In this document: positions 30,559-44,188 of the stretch, one piece after another | Layout of the letters: every line of letters begins with the position of its first letter | How positions within the stretch are numbered: position 1 is the first letter of the stretch | Source: Octopus vulgaris | Taxonomy: Eukaryota | Length of the DNA: 64,000 nucleotides | Direction: 5' to 3' | Assembly (NCBI GenBank): GCA_951406725.2 | Contig: OX597818.1 | Span: 114,638,001 to 114,702,000 of the forward strand | The notes under the pieces: generated by a model | What the model saw: the letters and a program-made list of their open reading frames with translations, nothing else | What the model was told of the DNA's origin: nothing | Databases searched by the model: none | Translations under genes and position numbers: made by a program

Positions 30559-32897
30559 GGGGGAGACTGTTTTTGACTATACATACTCTTTATATTAAAA
30601 CTACACAAGAACATTACAATTTAGTAGTTGTTTAAACATGAAAGACTAGTATGACATTTATTGTCATAGGTTGCTGTTATTTTTGTTGACTGTCTACCAT
30701 ATGTATGTTTTTTTGTGCTTTAATACCATACAGCCGGTAAATAGATAGAATCGTTATCGAATACAAGTGTTTGCGGTGTTCATTCTGGTCCTCTTAAAGT
30801 TCTGGGTTCACATCCAGCCGAGGTCAACTTTGCTTTTCATCGCTTCGGAGATAATAAATGTACTAAAAGACAGGTAAATAAAAATAAATGAAGAAATGTT
30901 AAAACCAGACCGAAGGTCCTTCCGAGCGGTAGGCTCATCAGGCAACTTACGCAGTTTCTGTGGCGTAGGTATTCTCCAGCTGGACGGGATGCCAGTCTCA
31001 CACAGGATAACTCTTTTGTACCAGCTGTGTGGATTGAAGCATCGTTAAACGAATTACACAAGCATCACCCGATCTAAGAATTTCAAAGAAATATTGTGCA
31101 GGTGGTATGGTTTATTTCCCTTGGTTGTTTAAAAAAGAACATAGTTATATGAAATAGATATAAAGGTCTCTTCCAGGGGCCGTATTATCGATTTTTTCAA
31201 CAATCTAAATATGTAACGTGGTTTCCAGACATGAGTTCTACTCACGTGCCAAGTTTCATCAAAATCAATAAAACGGTGTGGGAAGAGTTAGATAACAACG
31301 CCACAAACAAACACACACCGACTTTCCACATATGTAGTAAATGTTTAACATAGAATTCACGATCCTCGGACGCTTTTAAGTATGCTGACCAATACATGAA
31401 ATTGATATTGCTTAATAATATTATTTAATAATATTAATTTCTACTCTTAATATATTATAGTATTACCGATCAAATTGTTAATTATCTTCAAACCCTTAGC
31501 AATCAGATAGTTATGATTCTACTAGAGAAAGTTTCACTTAGTTATTATTTTAAAGCTAGGTTAAGAATAACAAGGGAACAGTTACTCGCACAAGGCAGTT
31601 CCATAGTGAGAAGAGTGTTAAAAGTATTGTAAATTTTGTATTGCTTGGGATTCTACGTAAGCTTTCCCTGAGGATTGAATAAGCTGTGAGGCGAAACTTA
31701 ATGTTGTAGCAAATAGCAAACATGATGTATTTATTAGAGATACTTTAGGATGTTTGTGAGTGTGGAAACACTACATTATACATCGCATCAAATATATGAT
31801 GGTTTACTGGAGTGATATTTTAAACTTTTAAGAGAACAGCAGCTAATCGGAGAAGAATCGTGAGCTATACGACGCCTATACGTAAATGAGGTCGTCAAGT
31901 GACACGCTCTTCTCAAATAGCTTTATATCAGTTAGACGCTAAAGTACAGTTGGGGCTAATTTGTTTGCTGTTTCTAATAGGTATGGCAACCACATAGAAG
32001 ATTTTTCGGTGGTTTATCATGATAACAATGATTTTAAGAGATGGTAAAATACAATTTATGTCTGTGGCGAGTTGAAGTCTTCCGGTTATATTGAGCTTTT
32101 GTCTTACGTTTATATTGAGCTTTTGTAAAGGAAAAACGAAACAGCATACCCTTATTGCCAATTGAAGGCTGGCGTCGAAGCGGTTGCTCATGTTTAGCTA
32201 CAGGTCAGTTCTGATAAACTGACCTATGATCAAATTCAATCTCGATATGAACATATCAGTCTTAATTTCTTTTTTTTTTATTTCAGTTATGGCTAGAATT
32301 TAACAACTTCCTATTAAGTCCACTAACAAAAGAAAAAAAGAGGAAATGATTGCATAAACCAACAAATTAAATACGTGAACTCAGTGAATTTCTAATTTGT
32401 AACCCTGCTTGAATTAGAAGGAAGAGTTTATCTCCCTTTCAGTAGCTGTGATCATTGATGGGACTGCATGTCTATGATTAAACACTTCAAAGTTTTCTCC
32501 TCTTTGTTAATAGGATGTGAGGTTGATTTGAATGGCGTTTCTGACTGCCTAGAGGCTCAGTAATTTGATCGAGTTTTGAAAATGTATGTTTATGGCAAAA
32601 GCGCAAAGCTGACCTGAGACGTATACTGTGCACGACCATAATGCACGTGTGTAAAGGAGAACGTAGAAATAAATTGTAATATCTTATAGAATCTGTTTTG
32701 TTAGAGGAGATGGCTTCTAGTCATAAATCAACGTTAAATAGTCTTACCTAATTTTAAATTAAAAATTTGTTTCGACGAGAACACAACAAAGTATTAGAAC
32801 TGAATAACTCAGTCTTCGCACGCACGCACAAACATGAGTGAATGCATACATATGTATTTACGTGTTCTACATATATACATACACACACATGCATATC

Positions 32898-33222
32898 TGA
32901 GATCCACTTCGGTCATGACTGACCATGGGATTGCACCTAGAAAGTTGCCCTCCCAGGCACAAGTCCGCGTAAGATTGTTTTTTTATGGGAGACCAGCAGT
33001 CGCCCATGCATACCGGCCTCCCTTCTCCACACCACCAGTGTGGCAACGGCCTATAAAGCTTGGCACCTGTGACGTCACAACTCATTTCTACAGCTGAGTG
33101 AACTGGAGCAATGTGAAATAAAGTGTTTTGCTAAAGAACACAACACGCAGCATGGTCCAGGATTCGAGGTCACAACCCCACGATCGTAAGCTCGACGCTC
33201 TATCCACCAAGCCATGCACCTT
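32898..33222 (-). mobile_element. tRNA-derived SINE family D (V-domain-like centre)
   Basis: Minus-strand tRNA-like head, GTGTTCTTTAGCAAAACACTTTATTTCACATTGCTCCAG centre, TTCTAGGTGCAATCCCATGG tail; matches 52718-53035. Confidence 0.75.
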
Positions 33223-33351
33223 TACCATATGCATATATATATATATATATATATGTATGTATATATAATCAGAAATAGTAAATTTCTAAACAGCGGTGGT
33301 GTAATCCCCTACTGTCACGTTAAGTTGACAGTATACAACCATTATATATAT

Positions 33352-33398
<47 letters not shown>

Positions 33399-33460
33399 TA
33401 TATGTTTATATATATATATATTTGCATATATGTATATATCAATATATATAGATGTGCGTA

Positions 33461-33496
<36 letters not shown>

Positions 33497-33497
33497 C

Positions 33498-33537
<40 letters not shown>

Positions 33538-34407
33538 ATGAAATTTTCCTTGATTTTTATGTATGCACCGCCTCACACCTTGGCCAAATGCAGTTCCCTC
33601 TTAACAAAGAATCCATCTCTATTGCCTGCTTGAAAATTGCAAGTGCTGTAATATAATGTGGATGGCGTTTACTGAAAGATTTCTTTGCTAAAGAAAAAAG
33701 AAATAACGAAACTCATTGGCATATTGAGAAGCCATTAGTGTAAAAGGTGTGTAGAATAATCTAACGATAAAAATACTCGAGCGAGATTGTAAAATCAAAT
33801 AGGAAAAGTCAAGGTACAGCGAAGAATCAACCGAATCAAGCAAATCTGTAGTAACGTTTTCATATTGATGCTTTCTCATGCGTAACACGATCTAAGAATT
33901 TCCACATTATATCTTTCATCCAACGCGCAACTTTAATTTTGGAATCTGGGAATTGAGTACAATGAAGGAATCTAAATACTTTATTAATGATTACGTTGTA
34001 AAATATGATTTAATGCATTGAATTTTTTTCTTTTCACAAACTGACATTTTGTGTTCCTTTTTTTTTCTTTTGTAAGTACCTCGGATATTAAATGATCATC
34101 TCCGTTCGATTCGTGTTTGGTTATAGGAAAAGTGGTATCATGTACACGGAAAGAAATATACAATTGAAATATACTCACACGAAGTTGTGCGGTTTAATTA
34201 TATATCAACGTAATTTCTGACAGATATTTTCTGCCAAAATATCAGGGGAAAATGCGATGCGAAGAATAAGTGCATTCTTTTTTTAATAGCCAATGTTTAT
34301 GTTCTATTTGCGTAGTTAAAGTATATGAAAATATTTGCCCAAACATTTTTTCAAATTATGAAATTATGAAAGAAATAGGTGGAGATACACAAAAAATGCA
34401 ATAGCGC

Positions 34408-34472
<65 letters not shown>

Positions 34473-36886
34473 CTCTTTCTCTGTCCCTCTCACTCACTCA
34501 CTCACTCTCTCCTTTTTCTCTCTCTTTCTGTCTGTCTCTCTCTCTCTCTGTATGAAAACAGAAAAAATAAATGTCAGTTTTTCCTAAGTTATCATCGACT
34601 CTACAAAAATGTGCAAAAGCATTGTAACTTGACGGTTCGACAAAAGAGACCGATAGAATAAGCACTTGGCTCACAAAAAATAAATCCTGGGATCGATTTG
34701 GTCGACTAAAAGCGGTGCACCAGCATGGTCGCCGTCAAATGACTGAAATAAAAAAAAAAATAAATAAAAACTCTTTTCACGACGGATCTGAGTACATTTT
34801 AAGGAGATTTGTAGTTATTTCTAACCAGTCCAATCTTTACGCTCCATTGCTGTCTAGGCTCTTTGTTAATAGTAAACACCAATAGCCACGATTAATCTGT
34901 GAACAGCTGGATCATTGCTTAATGGACAAGCGTTATTTCGTCACTTGTTAATTCAAAATACGGTTCTTTTAAGTAATTGCCCTGTGAGAACTATAAGCGC
35001 TACTAGATCGGTTTGTGATGTAAGAGCCTCTTTGTGGCTCGTTCGACCTGATTCATATAAGCACTAAATTGCTCGGTTCACCCTCACACTCCATGACTTA
35101 TGATGAGACGATGGTCAACACTGGAACATTTTAGATCATGAGACTGTTTCACGAGATCTGACCTGTGATTAAATATTTGAGTCAGACCTGCCAGTAGAAA
35201 GTAACTCACCTTCCTCTACCAACATCAGAAACACTATAGGTAAAAAATGGTGACAGTTAATCTTCATTTTCCTCTGATTAAAGAATTAAAAACCAAAAGA
35301 GGAAGGAGAAGAGGAAGAAGAAGAAGAAGAAGAAGAAGAAGAAGAAGAAGAAGAACAACAACAACAACAACAACAACAACAAATACAGCAACACCAAAAA
35401 TAACAAGAACAAGGGCAAGAAGAAAATGAAGAAGTAGAAGAAAAGGAGGAGGAGGAGAAGAAGAAGAAGAAGAACAACAACAACAACAATAAGAAAATGA
35501 AGAAACTGAAGAGGAAGAGGAAATGAAGAAGAGGAGGAAGAAGAAAATGAAGAAGAAAATGAAGAAGAAAAAGAAGAAGAATAAAAGGAAGAAACAGAAG
35601 AAGAAGAAGAAGAAGAAGAAGAAGAAGAAGAAGAAGAAGAAGAAGAAGAAGGAAAAAAGAACAACAACAACAACAACGTCGACGAGGACAAGAAGGAAGG
35701 CGGCAACGATGATTGCATTCAGTGGCGAGGTGTGTCAATCCAATATGTTATCAAACAACGGGAAAGGTTGACATATATAAATATTCACGATTCATCATTT
35801 ATTCCTTTTTCTTTGTTTCTGTTCTTTTTGTACATGTCAGAGGTTGGAATCGGTCGCCTAATTTTAGTTCTAGTCTTGAGCTGTTTCATTTGACTCACGT
35901 TGCTAATGACCTTCGACCAACTTCGGAATGTCAGAAGTCCGGTTTCGTTATTGAAGTCAATAGGGCTGCTTATAGAAGAACGTACGCCACAAATTTAGCA
36001 TTTGATGTTTGACAGTATTTCCTATTCCCTACCTCCCCAATTTAGTTCATATGAATAAATAATTCCTGCTAAATTATTAAATTTAATCAACAAATAATAT
36101 AAAGATGGTAATTTTTTTTTTTAATTAGCCGTTTAATTAAGTGAACATCTTTAATAAATCTGTCTAGACATAAGAATGAGCGAAGTATTTTAGTTTAGGA
36201 AAGAAACTAAGAGAAAGTTTAAGAAAAATGCTTTTCTCGTGAGCAGATTACAAGATAAAGCGACTTGATATTGGATTTCAAAAATGGATTCCGAAATTGT
36301 TGTTGACAAGCGTTAGATAGGTGAGGTTGGCTGGATAGAGACAGGTGGGCAGAGTGAGGGGAAAGGTGAGACAGAGAAATCGATAAACAAGTTAAATAGT
36401 CTACTAGTAGGAAAGAGAGTGAGAGAGAGAGAGGGAAAGAGAGAGAAAGAAAGAGAGAGCGTGCGATTTGGTGTTACAGAAGAAATTAGAAGAGAAAACA
36501 ACCAAGAGAAAGCGAAGGAACGGTAGAAATAGTAGTAGTAGTAGTAGTAGTAGTTGTTGTTGTATTAGTAGCTAGAGTAATGGTAGTAGTAAAGGTAGCA
36601 CTAGTAGTAGTCAGAGTAGTAGTAGTAGTATTAGTAGTAGTAGTATGAACTGTTGTAGGAGAACTTGGCCAAAAGAACATGGATGTTCCTGGAAAAAGCC
36701 AACCATTTTGACAGTAAACGTCGCTATGTCCGCGTGTGTATGTGTGTGTAGGGGGGACGCGTGCGTTTGTGTATGCATGTGTACGTGTGTGCGTCTACGT
36801 CCGTACACACACAAATATGAACATCTTTGGGTGTGTACGTGTGTCTGCTTGTGTGTGTATACGAACCATATATACATGCGTATATA

Positions 36887-36933
<47 letters not shown>

Positions 36934-36947
36934 TTTTGTATACATAT

Positions 36948-37003
<56 letters not shown>

Positions 37004-37899
37004 TTTTGTTCGTGTGTGTGTGTATATGCATGAATGCTTACGTACAGGTGTGCCCGTATGCGTGCTTCCTTGCATCTGTATGTGCATGCGTGCATGTATA
37101 AGTGTGCGTGTGTGTATATGTATGTGTGCGTGTTTGTGTATGTGTGTATGTGTGTATGTGTGCATATATGTGTGTATGTGTGTATAAATGAGAATGCGGA
37201 AGAAAATACCAATACATTGAGAAGATGATTGAATTGATAAATGAATGGATGGTTTAACGGAGGAAAAGATGGAGGGAAAGCTGAGGAGATGTAAATCGGG
37301 AGAGAAATATGAAGTCAGGGATTTATAGGACGAAACAGAGAAAGCGAGAAACAACAGGGAAGTGATTAAGAAGTAACAAATGAGAATAACGTTTGTATAC
37401 TTAAAAGTGGTGTCGGTGGGAGGTTATGAGTGAAACATCAATGTCATTGCGTCAAAACTCTGCATTCATCTGAACCACGTGACCACATTTCTTTTCGGTT
37501 TGCTGGAATTATATGCACATTTTTATCCTCATGTGTCTCAATATATTATTCAATGTGGATTTGGAGATAATTCGTGGCAGGTGAATGATAGGAGAATCCA
37601 GTTGGAGTCTGATGTTTCTTGGTATTAACACCTGCGTTAGCTTATAGTTACGCGTTGCATGAATTCAAGATTTGTTTCTGAAAGTAAGTCAAGAAGCAAA
37701 TGGTTTAGTTAATTCTGTAACAAACCCCAAGTATATTGTGAGCGCCATCGTCGATTTGAGTCTATAATGGGACCTCTGTATCTAGAACGGAGCAACCCTT
37801 TGTCTGCATTTTAAAATTTGAAATTAGCATGTCCCTTTAAACCCGTTCGAAACAAAAGATAAAAGGAATGGGTTGAGACATGCCATACAAGGGTTTCTA

Positions 37900-38102
37900 A
37901 TTTGGCACAGGACCAGTAGTTTTTGCGGGAAGTAGGAAGTCGGTTACCCTGACCGTAGTATCTGAATATTACTTATTTTATCGAACCCGAAACGATGAGA
38001 AGCAAAGTCAATCTCGGGAGAATTTGAACTCAGAACGTAAGCACTAACGATATGGCGCTAACCATTTTGCTCAGCGTGCTAACAATTCTGCCAGCTCACC
38101 GC
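37900..38102 (-). mobile_element. SINE family C, diverged
   Basis: CCCGAAACGATGAGAAGCAAAGTC...AATTTGAACTCAGAACGTAA...TCTGCCAGCTC. Confidence 0.7.
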
Positions 38103-38271
38103 TTGGAACCGCTCAAATACTCCGCAAGGTGCTCGAAAAATAAGTGTTACCTTAGTGCATTGGTAATAAACAGCTGACACTGTAGTACATCTCCAGCGTA
38201 GAAGTCGTATTGCCATGTTGGACCTTTTCTCTCCATTGTTTTCATTCTCGGTCCATTTTTTCTCTCTTAAT

Positions 38272-38310
38272 CCTTTCTGACGAAGAGCGTAGGCTCGAAA
38301 ACTAAAAAGA
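38272..38310 (+). ncRNA. minimal hammerhead-like motif (damaged stem III)
   Basis: CTTT-CTGACGA-A-GAGC-GTAG-GCTC-GAAA-ACTA-AAAAG; related inverted copies at ~40262-40301 and ~45074-45108. Confidence 0.55.
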
Positions 38311-38466
38311 TTTTTCCATTTTTCTCGGGCGTTAAACTACACCTGTCTTCATCTTTTGTTTTTGTTTTCTGTAAATTTGAACTATATATATGTGTGTGTG
38401 TGTGTGTGTGTACGTATGTATGTACATATATGTGTGTACATACATACGCACTCACACATATATACG

Positions 38467-38504
<38 letters not shown>

Positions 38505-38611
38505 GATAGTGTGTCTATAGCCAGCTGGAGGAGATATCTTCCTGGGGCTACAAACTACAGTAGCATCCACCCTTAGGGGTTAACCATATTCAAATGGCAA
38601 ATATGCGTAAC

Positions 38612-38642
<31 letters not shown>

Positions 38643-39754
38643 ATGTGTGTGTACGTATGTATGTACATATATGTGTGTGTATGTGCTTGTGCGTATGTAT
38701 GTACATATATATATGTGTGTGTGTGTGTTTGTGTACATATAACACACAAGCACAATAAGAGCGACAAAAATGTTCTCCGTGCAGAGAGAAATAGAAATCA
38801 TTTATTTGACACACACATACACGCACACACACGCGCACACACACACACACGCACACACACACAGAACCACACACATACATGCATATGTACATACATATAT
38901 ATGTATATATGTATGTATGTGTGGGTGTATCTGTGTGCGTGTGTGTATACAGTAAATGATATCAGTGTAGGGTGTACAATAAATGATATCCGTTTCTCTC
39001 TGCATGGAGAACATTATTGTTGATCTTATTAACGAAACAGCGAACTATAAACATACCCACACATATAGATTCACACATACATACTGATGCATATACACGT
39101 TTTCATAAATGGGTAGATGAATGAATAAAAACCGTAATAAAAATATTCTAGCTTTCTTTTTATTATTTCCTGGTGCAGTGGTGCATTTCTCCGTTCATTT
39201 CTGGAGATTAACTAGCAAAATGTCCATATTGAATCTTCTCGATAAAATATATTTTTTTAGAAGAATGTTGTAAATGCTTATTATATTGTTGCACCTTACA
39301 TGTTCGTTTATTCCTTTTGCAGGTTTTCGTTTTTGAGTCTGAATGTAGTTAAGCACATTACATGTTGAGAAAGGATAAATTGTAATTACGATGGAGTACA
39401 GTGTGTTATGACGGTATCCTTTATCATTTAATTACTATCTTTATCTTGTTAACGTTTGGCAATAACATCTTCAATATATCTCTGAAGATTATTATAAAAT
39501 TGAGAGTGTATCTGTATGAGCGTGAGAGGGAGAGAGAGACAGAGAGAGAGAGAGAGAGATAAAGAAAAATGTCTACGAATATTAAAAAAGTATATTTATA
39601 TATATATCCATGTATATATATATATATATATATATATACGTGAGGAAGCGAAATGGCCCAATGGTTAGAGCAGCGGACTTGCGGTCGTAGGATCGCGGTT
39701 TCGATTCCCAGGCAAAGCGAGTCCGCTGCCCTAACCATTGGGGCATTGCGCCCT

Positions 39755-39815
<61 letters not shown>

Positions 39816-39912
39816 CTGCTGTATAATGACGGCAGTAGTTTATTAACTGCAGAGTAATTTCCGATCTCAGCGCGCCAATATATATATATAAACATACAAA
39901 CACACACACACA

Positions 39913-39955
<43 letters not shown>

Positions 39956-40928
39956 ACACATATATATACATATATGATCAAATAGTGCATGTTTTTAACT
40001 GGCAAAAAATAATCATCCACAAACATAACTGTATATATGTATATATTTATGTGTATATATGTATATAGGGATGTATATGCATATGCATGTTTATATATAA
40101 ATATATACATATCGATAGATAGATTGATAAATAGACAGCCAGAGAGAGCCATAAATAGAGGGATAATAGATATTTGAGATTTATAGAAAAACAAAAGCTG
40201 AAAATAAGCGTATTATAAACAACAAGCAAATGTATTAGTATGACGCTCGGGAAAATGGAAACGTCTTTTACGTTTCTAGCTTACGTTCTTCAACAGAAAG
40301 GAATAAGAGAATAGAAACTATGAGATAATGAAAAAAAAGCTTGTAGATTTCAACGGTCCAGCATCGTAAATGATTGGAAAAATGCTTCAAAAAAGAGAGA
40401 TAAAAATGTTAAAAAGCGGTGGAAAGAAAGGGAGGTAATAAAGTACTTGTGCTCCCAAGAGAAAGTGCGCGGGTGAGCATGCATGTATAAGAATGGTATG
40501 TGTGTGAATAGAGGCGGGTGAGTCCGATGTGTGTGTGTGTGTGAGTGTATGCGCGTGTAACATATGTGTGTGTGTGTTGTGTGTATCAGCTGAAGTGTGC
40601 TTTTTCACGTGATGTGTGTGTGTGGCGTGACGTGGGGTGGTATCAAATGAAGAGAGGAGGTGAGTTGATCCCGTGTGGCGCAAAGGAGCGCAGAGGGAAG
40701 AATAATACCAGTTCACGACGATGGCGGGAGGACGGATGGCCCCTGAGCAAATACAGTACGAATACAAACAGATGTTGTATCGAATGACCGGCAGAGCGGA
40801 AATATATATATATATATATACATATATGTATGTGTGTATGCGTGTATATACATGGGTGTTTGTGTATCTACATACCTATTTGTCTATCTATCTATCTCCA
40901 CCTATCTCTCTCTTCTTCTCTGTCTCGA

Positions 40929-40959
<31 letters not shown>

Positions 40960-41374
40960 TTGATATCAGGTATAATATTTACAAATATCCAAAGCGTACT
41001 TCCTTTCTGTTTCATATTTTTCTAATAAACAATAATAAGCATATTTCTGTCAACAGGTGATTGAAATTTTAATTAGCCTTTGGCTACCATAAATTGTATC
41101 GCATAACTGTCGCTATCATACTGATAACACGATACGATCATCTCATTTATATTTAAGTATAATATATAAGGGCAGAAGAACATAGAATAGACTTGGACAT
41201 GCAAGATATCATAGTAGAAATCTTAATTAATCAATTAGCACCTGCCTATCTAAATTACTTTTCAAGCCAACAAAGGAATATCTAACGGCAGATAGATCAA
41301 CCTGTTAGAAATTTTAGCACAAATTTCAATTATTATTGACAGTATGGGGCTTCAAATGCATATTGTGATATATA

Positions 41375-41446
<72 letters not shown>

Positions 41447-41528
41447 CAAAGCTGGAGAGAGCGACACAGAGATAGATGATAATATGCAGAAAGGAAGTTT
41501 GGATATTTAATACTATAACAGTTCTCTG

Positions 41529-41615
<87 letters not shown>

Positions 41616-41813
41616 TTGAGAAGAGCATTGTCGATGTGAGAACTGTTGCTGCTCATGTATTTTAATTTAACTTTAAAAAAAAAAAAAAAAATGAACGAAC
41701 TACTGAGTTTGGTTTAATGGCCTACCAATGCATACTATGAGTTTCTTTGCCCTAGGAGTCGGGAAGACACTCGGCAAGAAATGATAGCAAATTTGAAAGA
41801 AGAAGAAAAAAAA

Positions 41814-41853
<40 letters not shown>

Positions 41854-42329
41854 TGATTATAATAATAATAATAATTATTATTATTATTATTATCATTATT
41901 ATTATTATTGAGTGCGAGAACGTTGCATGCCATCAAAGTGATACTGAGATAAAATATACGAAAGCTAATATGAAGATAAGCTGCGCGTGGCCTTGCAGGT
42001 TGGGCTCACGTAGAATTTTCTTCAGGTCGAGTATCCCATCCCGCTCAAAAGGTCCCTGAATGAGAGTTGTTTAAGGATGTTGAATGAACTTTATTATTAT
42101 TTTGTTTTATTGTAATGGATGACAAGAAAAACATTTATATTACACTATTATTGTTGTTTTTTAAATTGGCTCCAGTGGTAATAACGTGATACTCATCTCT
42201 ATAAACGATCAGATATACATATATAAAGCGCCAATAAAGAATTATCCAAAATTCTGGCTGCCTCCTTTTTCGCAATATACAATATATGTACTGGTAAAAA
42301 CGGTAAGATAACAAAAGAAAGAAAGGGAC

Positions 42330-43455
42330 CTCAATATTATGTAAATAGAGGAAACTTATCTATAAAATAATATGTTACATTTACTCAATAGTCAAGATAA
42401 AACTCTGAGTTTCAGATGCCGAAGTGGAAATCCACAACACCATCTCTTCGGTTATCTGGCCATCTGAAAAACGCTATGATAAAATACCGTTATATAAAGG
42501 GAAATTACTGTATTATAATTCTGCGGTCTATGTGACATGGAGAGATGGCTTATCTGGAAAAGCAGCTTAGACCCTACTACATGTCTAAACTCAAGGACAG
42601 GACTTTTCGGATCATGCCCATACGTGACTAAATTTTTGTTACGTTTTTGGTCCCATAAAGAAAACAGATAGAACTTGCTTTCTATATTACCTCCCAAAAA
42701 GTGTTTTATCTCATTATACCTTTTATTATTTCATATATTTTTATATTTTCACACAATAATTATTTCTGTACTTTTCTATCCTGCATTTTTTCCTGTGCCT
42801 ATATAGACGTGTATATAGATTCATTTGTACACGTGTGTGAATATGTATGAGTGGGCAGTTTTAGATGTGTGCGTGTGTGCGGGCATAAGAATGCACATAT
42901 ATAAATATATAGACGTTTTTACTTAGTATTTTTCCATTTTTGGGGGGTGGGGGGCATACCTATATTTATTTTTTGTATATGCGTGTGTATGTATGCGTAT
43001 ATAAATATGTGCGGGTATGTACATATATGGGCGTGTGTGTGTATGAGTGCATAGGGGCATGTCCGTATATGAACGTGGTTTTTATGCTTTGTATACTTCC
43101 TTATGTTTTTTTCTGTTACCTTTAACCATGGTTTTTCTTGTGCTTGTGCGTATATAGACGTATGTATGAACTTTTACGGTACGCATGTGTGTGTGTATGA
43201 CTTTGTATATATATGCGTATATATTTGGCGAAAAATGCGAGTGAAGATGTGTACGTTTTCATAGTGACGTATAAGTACTCACGTGGGTTCGCTAGCAGAA
43301 TTATAATACAGCAATATCCCTTTATATAACGGTATTTTATCATAACGTTTTTCAGATGGCCAGATAACCGAAGAGATGGTGTTGTGGATTTCCACTTCAG
43401 CATCTGAAACTCAGAGTTTTATCTTGACTATTGAGTAAATGTAACATATCATTTA
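42330..43455. mobile_element. element with ~140-bp inverted terminal repeats, each holding a hammerhead (Penelope-like inverted pLTR)
   Basis: ~42365-42502 is the reverse complement of ~43317-43455; hammerheads at 42395-42457 (-) and 43362-43424 (+). Confidence 0.8.
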
Positions 43456-43594
43456 TATATATATATATATATATCACAATCAAGGAACGGCCATAATAGG
43501 CCATTCACCCACTAGAAATAACAGCCAAAGCTTCAACCGCAAAATAACATTAATTCCGTAAACCAGGAGAAAATTAAAAAACATTTACCCTGTA

Positions 43595-43701
43595 ATTTCT
43601 TATACGATGCACCGTTTCATCTACTGTTTAATGGTAAACTAACCTGATTAAATTAAATCAAGCCAATCTTCCATAGGCCCTTAGATTCGTCAGTAAGAAA
43701 T
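43595..43701 (-). ncRNA. type I hammerhead ribozyme, array unit 1
   Basis: Minus strand ATTTCTTA-CTGACGA-ATCTA-(58 nt)-TAGAT-GAAA-CGGTGCATC-GTA^TAAGAAAT: perfect 8-bp stem I, canonical core, 5-bp stem II base, stem III, GUA cleavage triplet. Confidence 0.9.
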
Positions 43702-44081
43702 AGCCAGATCGGAACAGATATTTTCACGAGGCATTTCTGTCCCTGCCTCGGCAATATCTGACCTAAAATTTTCAAATCATCGCACTCGCGCCAAATTTAT
43801 CGGCAGCAAATAAATATAAGCCGCCGATTCCATTACGGAATTAACCAGAAAATTCATAATTAATCAATATAGGGTGGCAAAAAATTTTGTAGAATTTTTT
43901 TGCCACCAGCGGCCTAGTGGGAAAAAATTAAATAGTCATAGACCATTTTTAAGTTCAACATCACAATCAAGGAACGGCCATAATAGGCCATTCACCCACT
44001 AGAAATAACAGCCAAAGCTTCAACCGCAAAATAACATTAATTCCGTAAACCAGGAGAAAATTAAAAAACATTTACCCTGTA

Positions 44082-44188
44082 ATTTCTTATACGATGCACC
44101 GTTTCATCTACTGTTTAATGGTAAACTAACCTGATTAAATTAAATCAAGCCAATCTTCCATAGGCCCTTAGATTCGTCAGTAAGAAAT
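44082..44188 (-). ncRNA. type I hammerhead ribozyme, array unit 2
   Basis: Same sequence as 43595-43701, offset by 487 bp. Confidence 0.9.
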
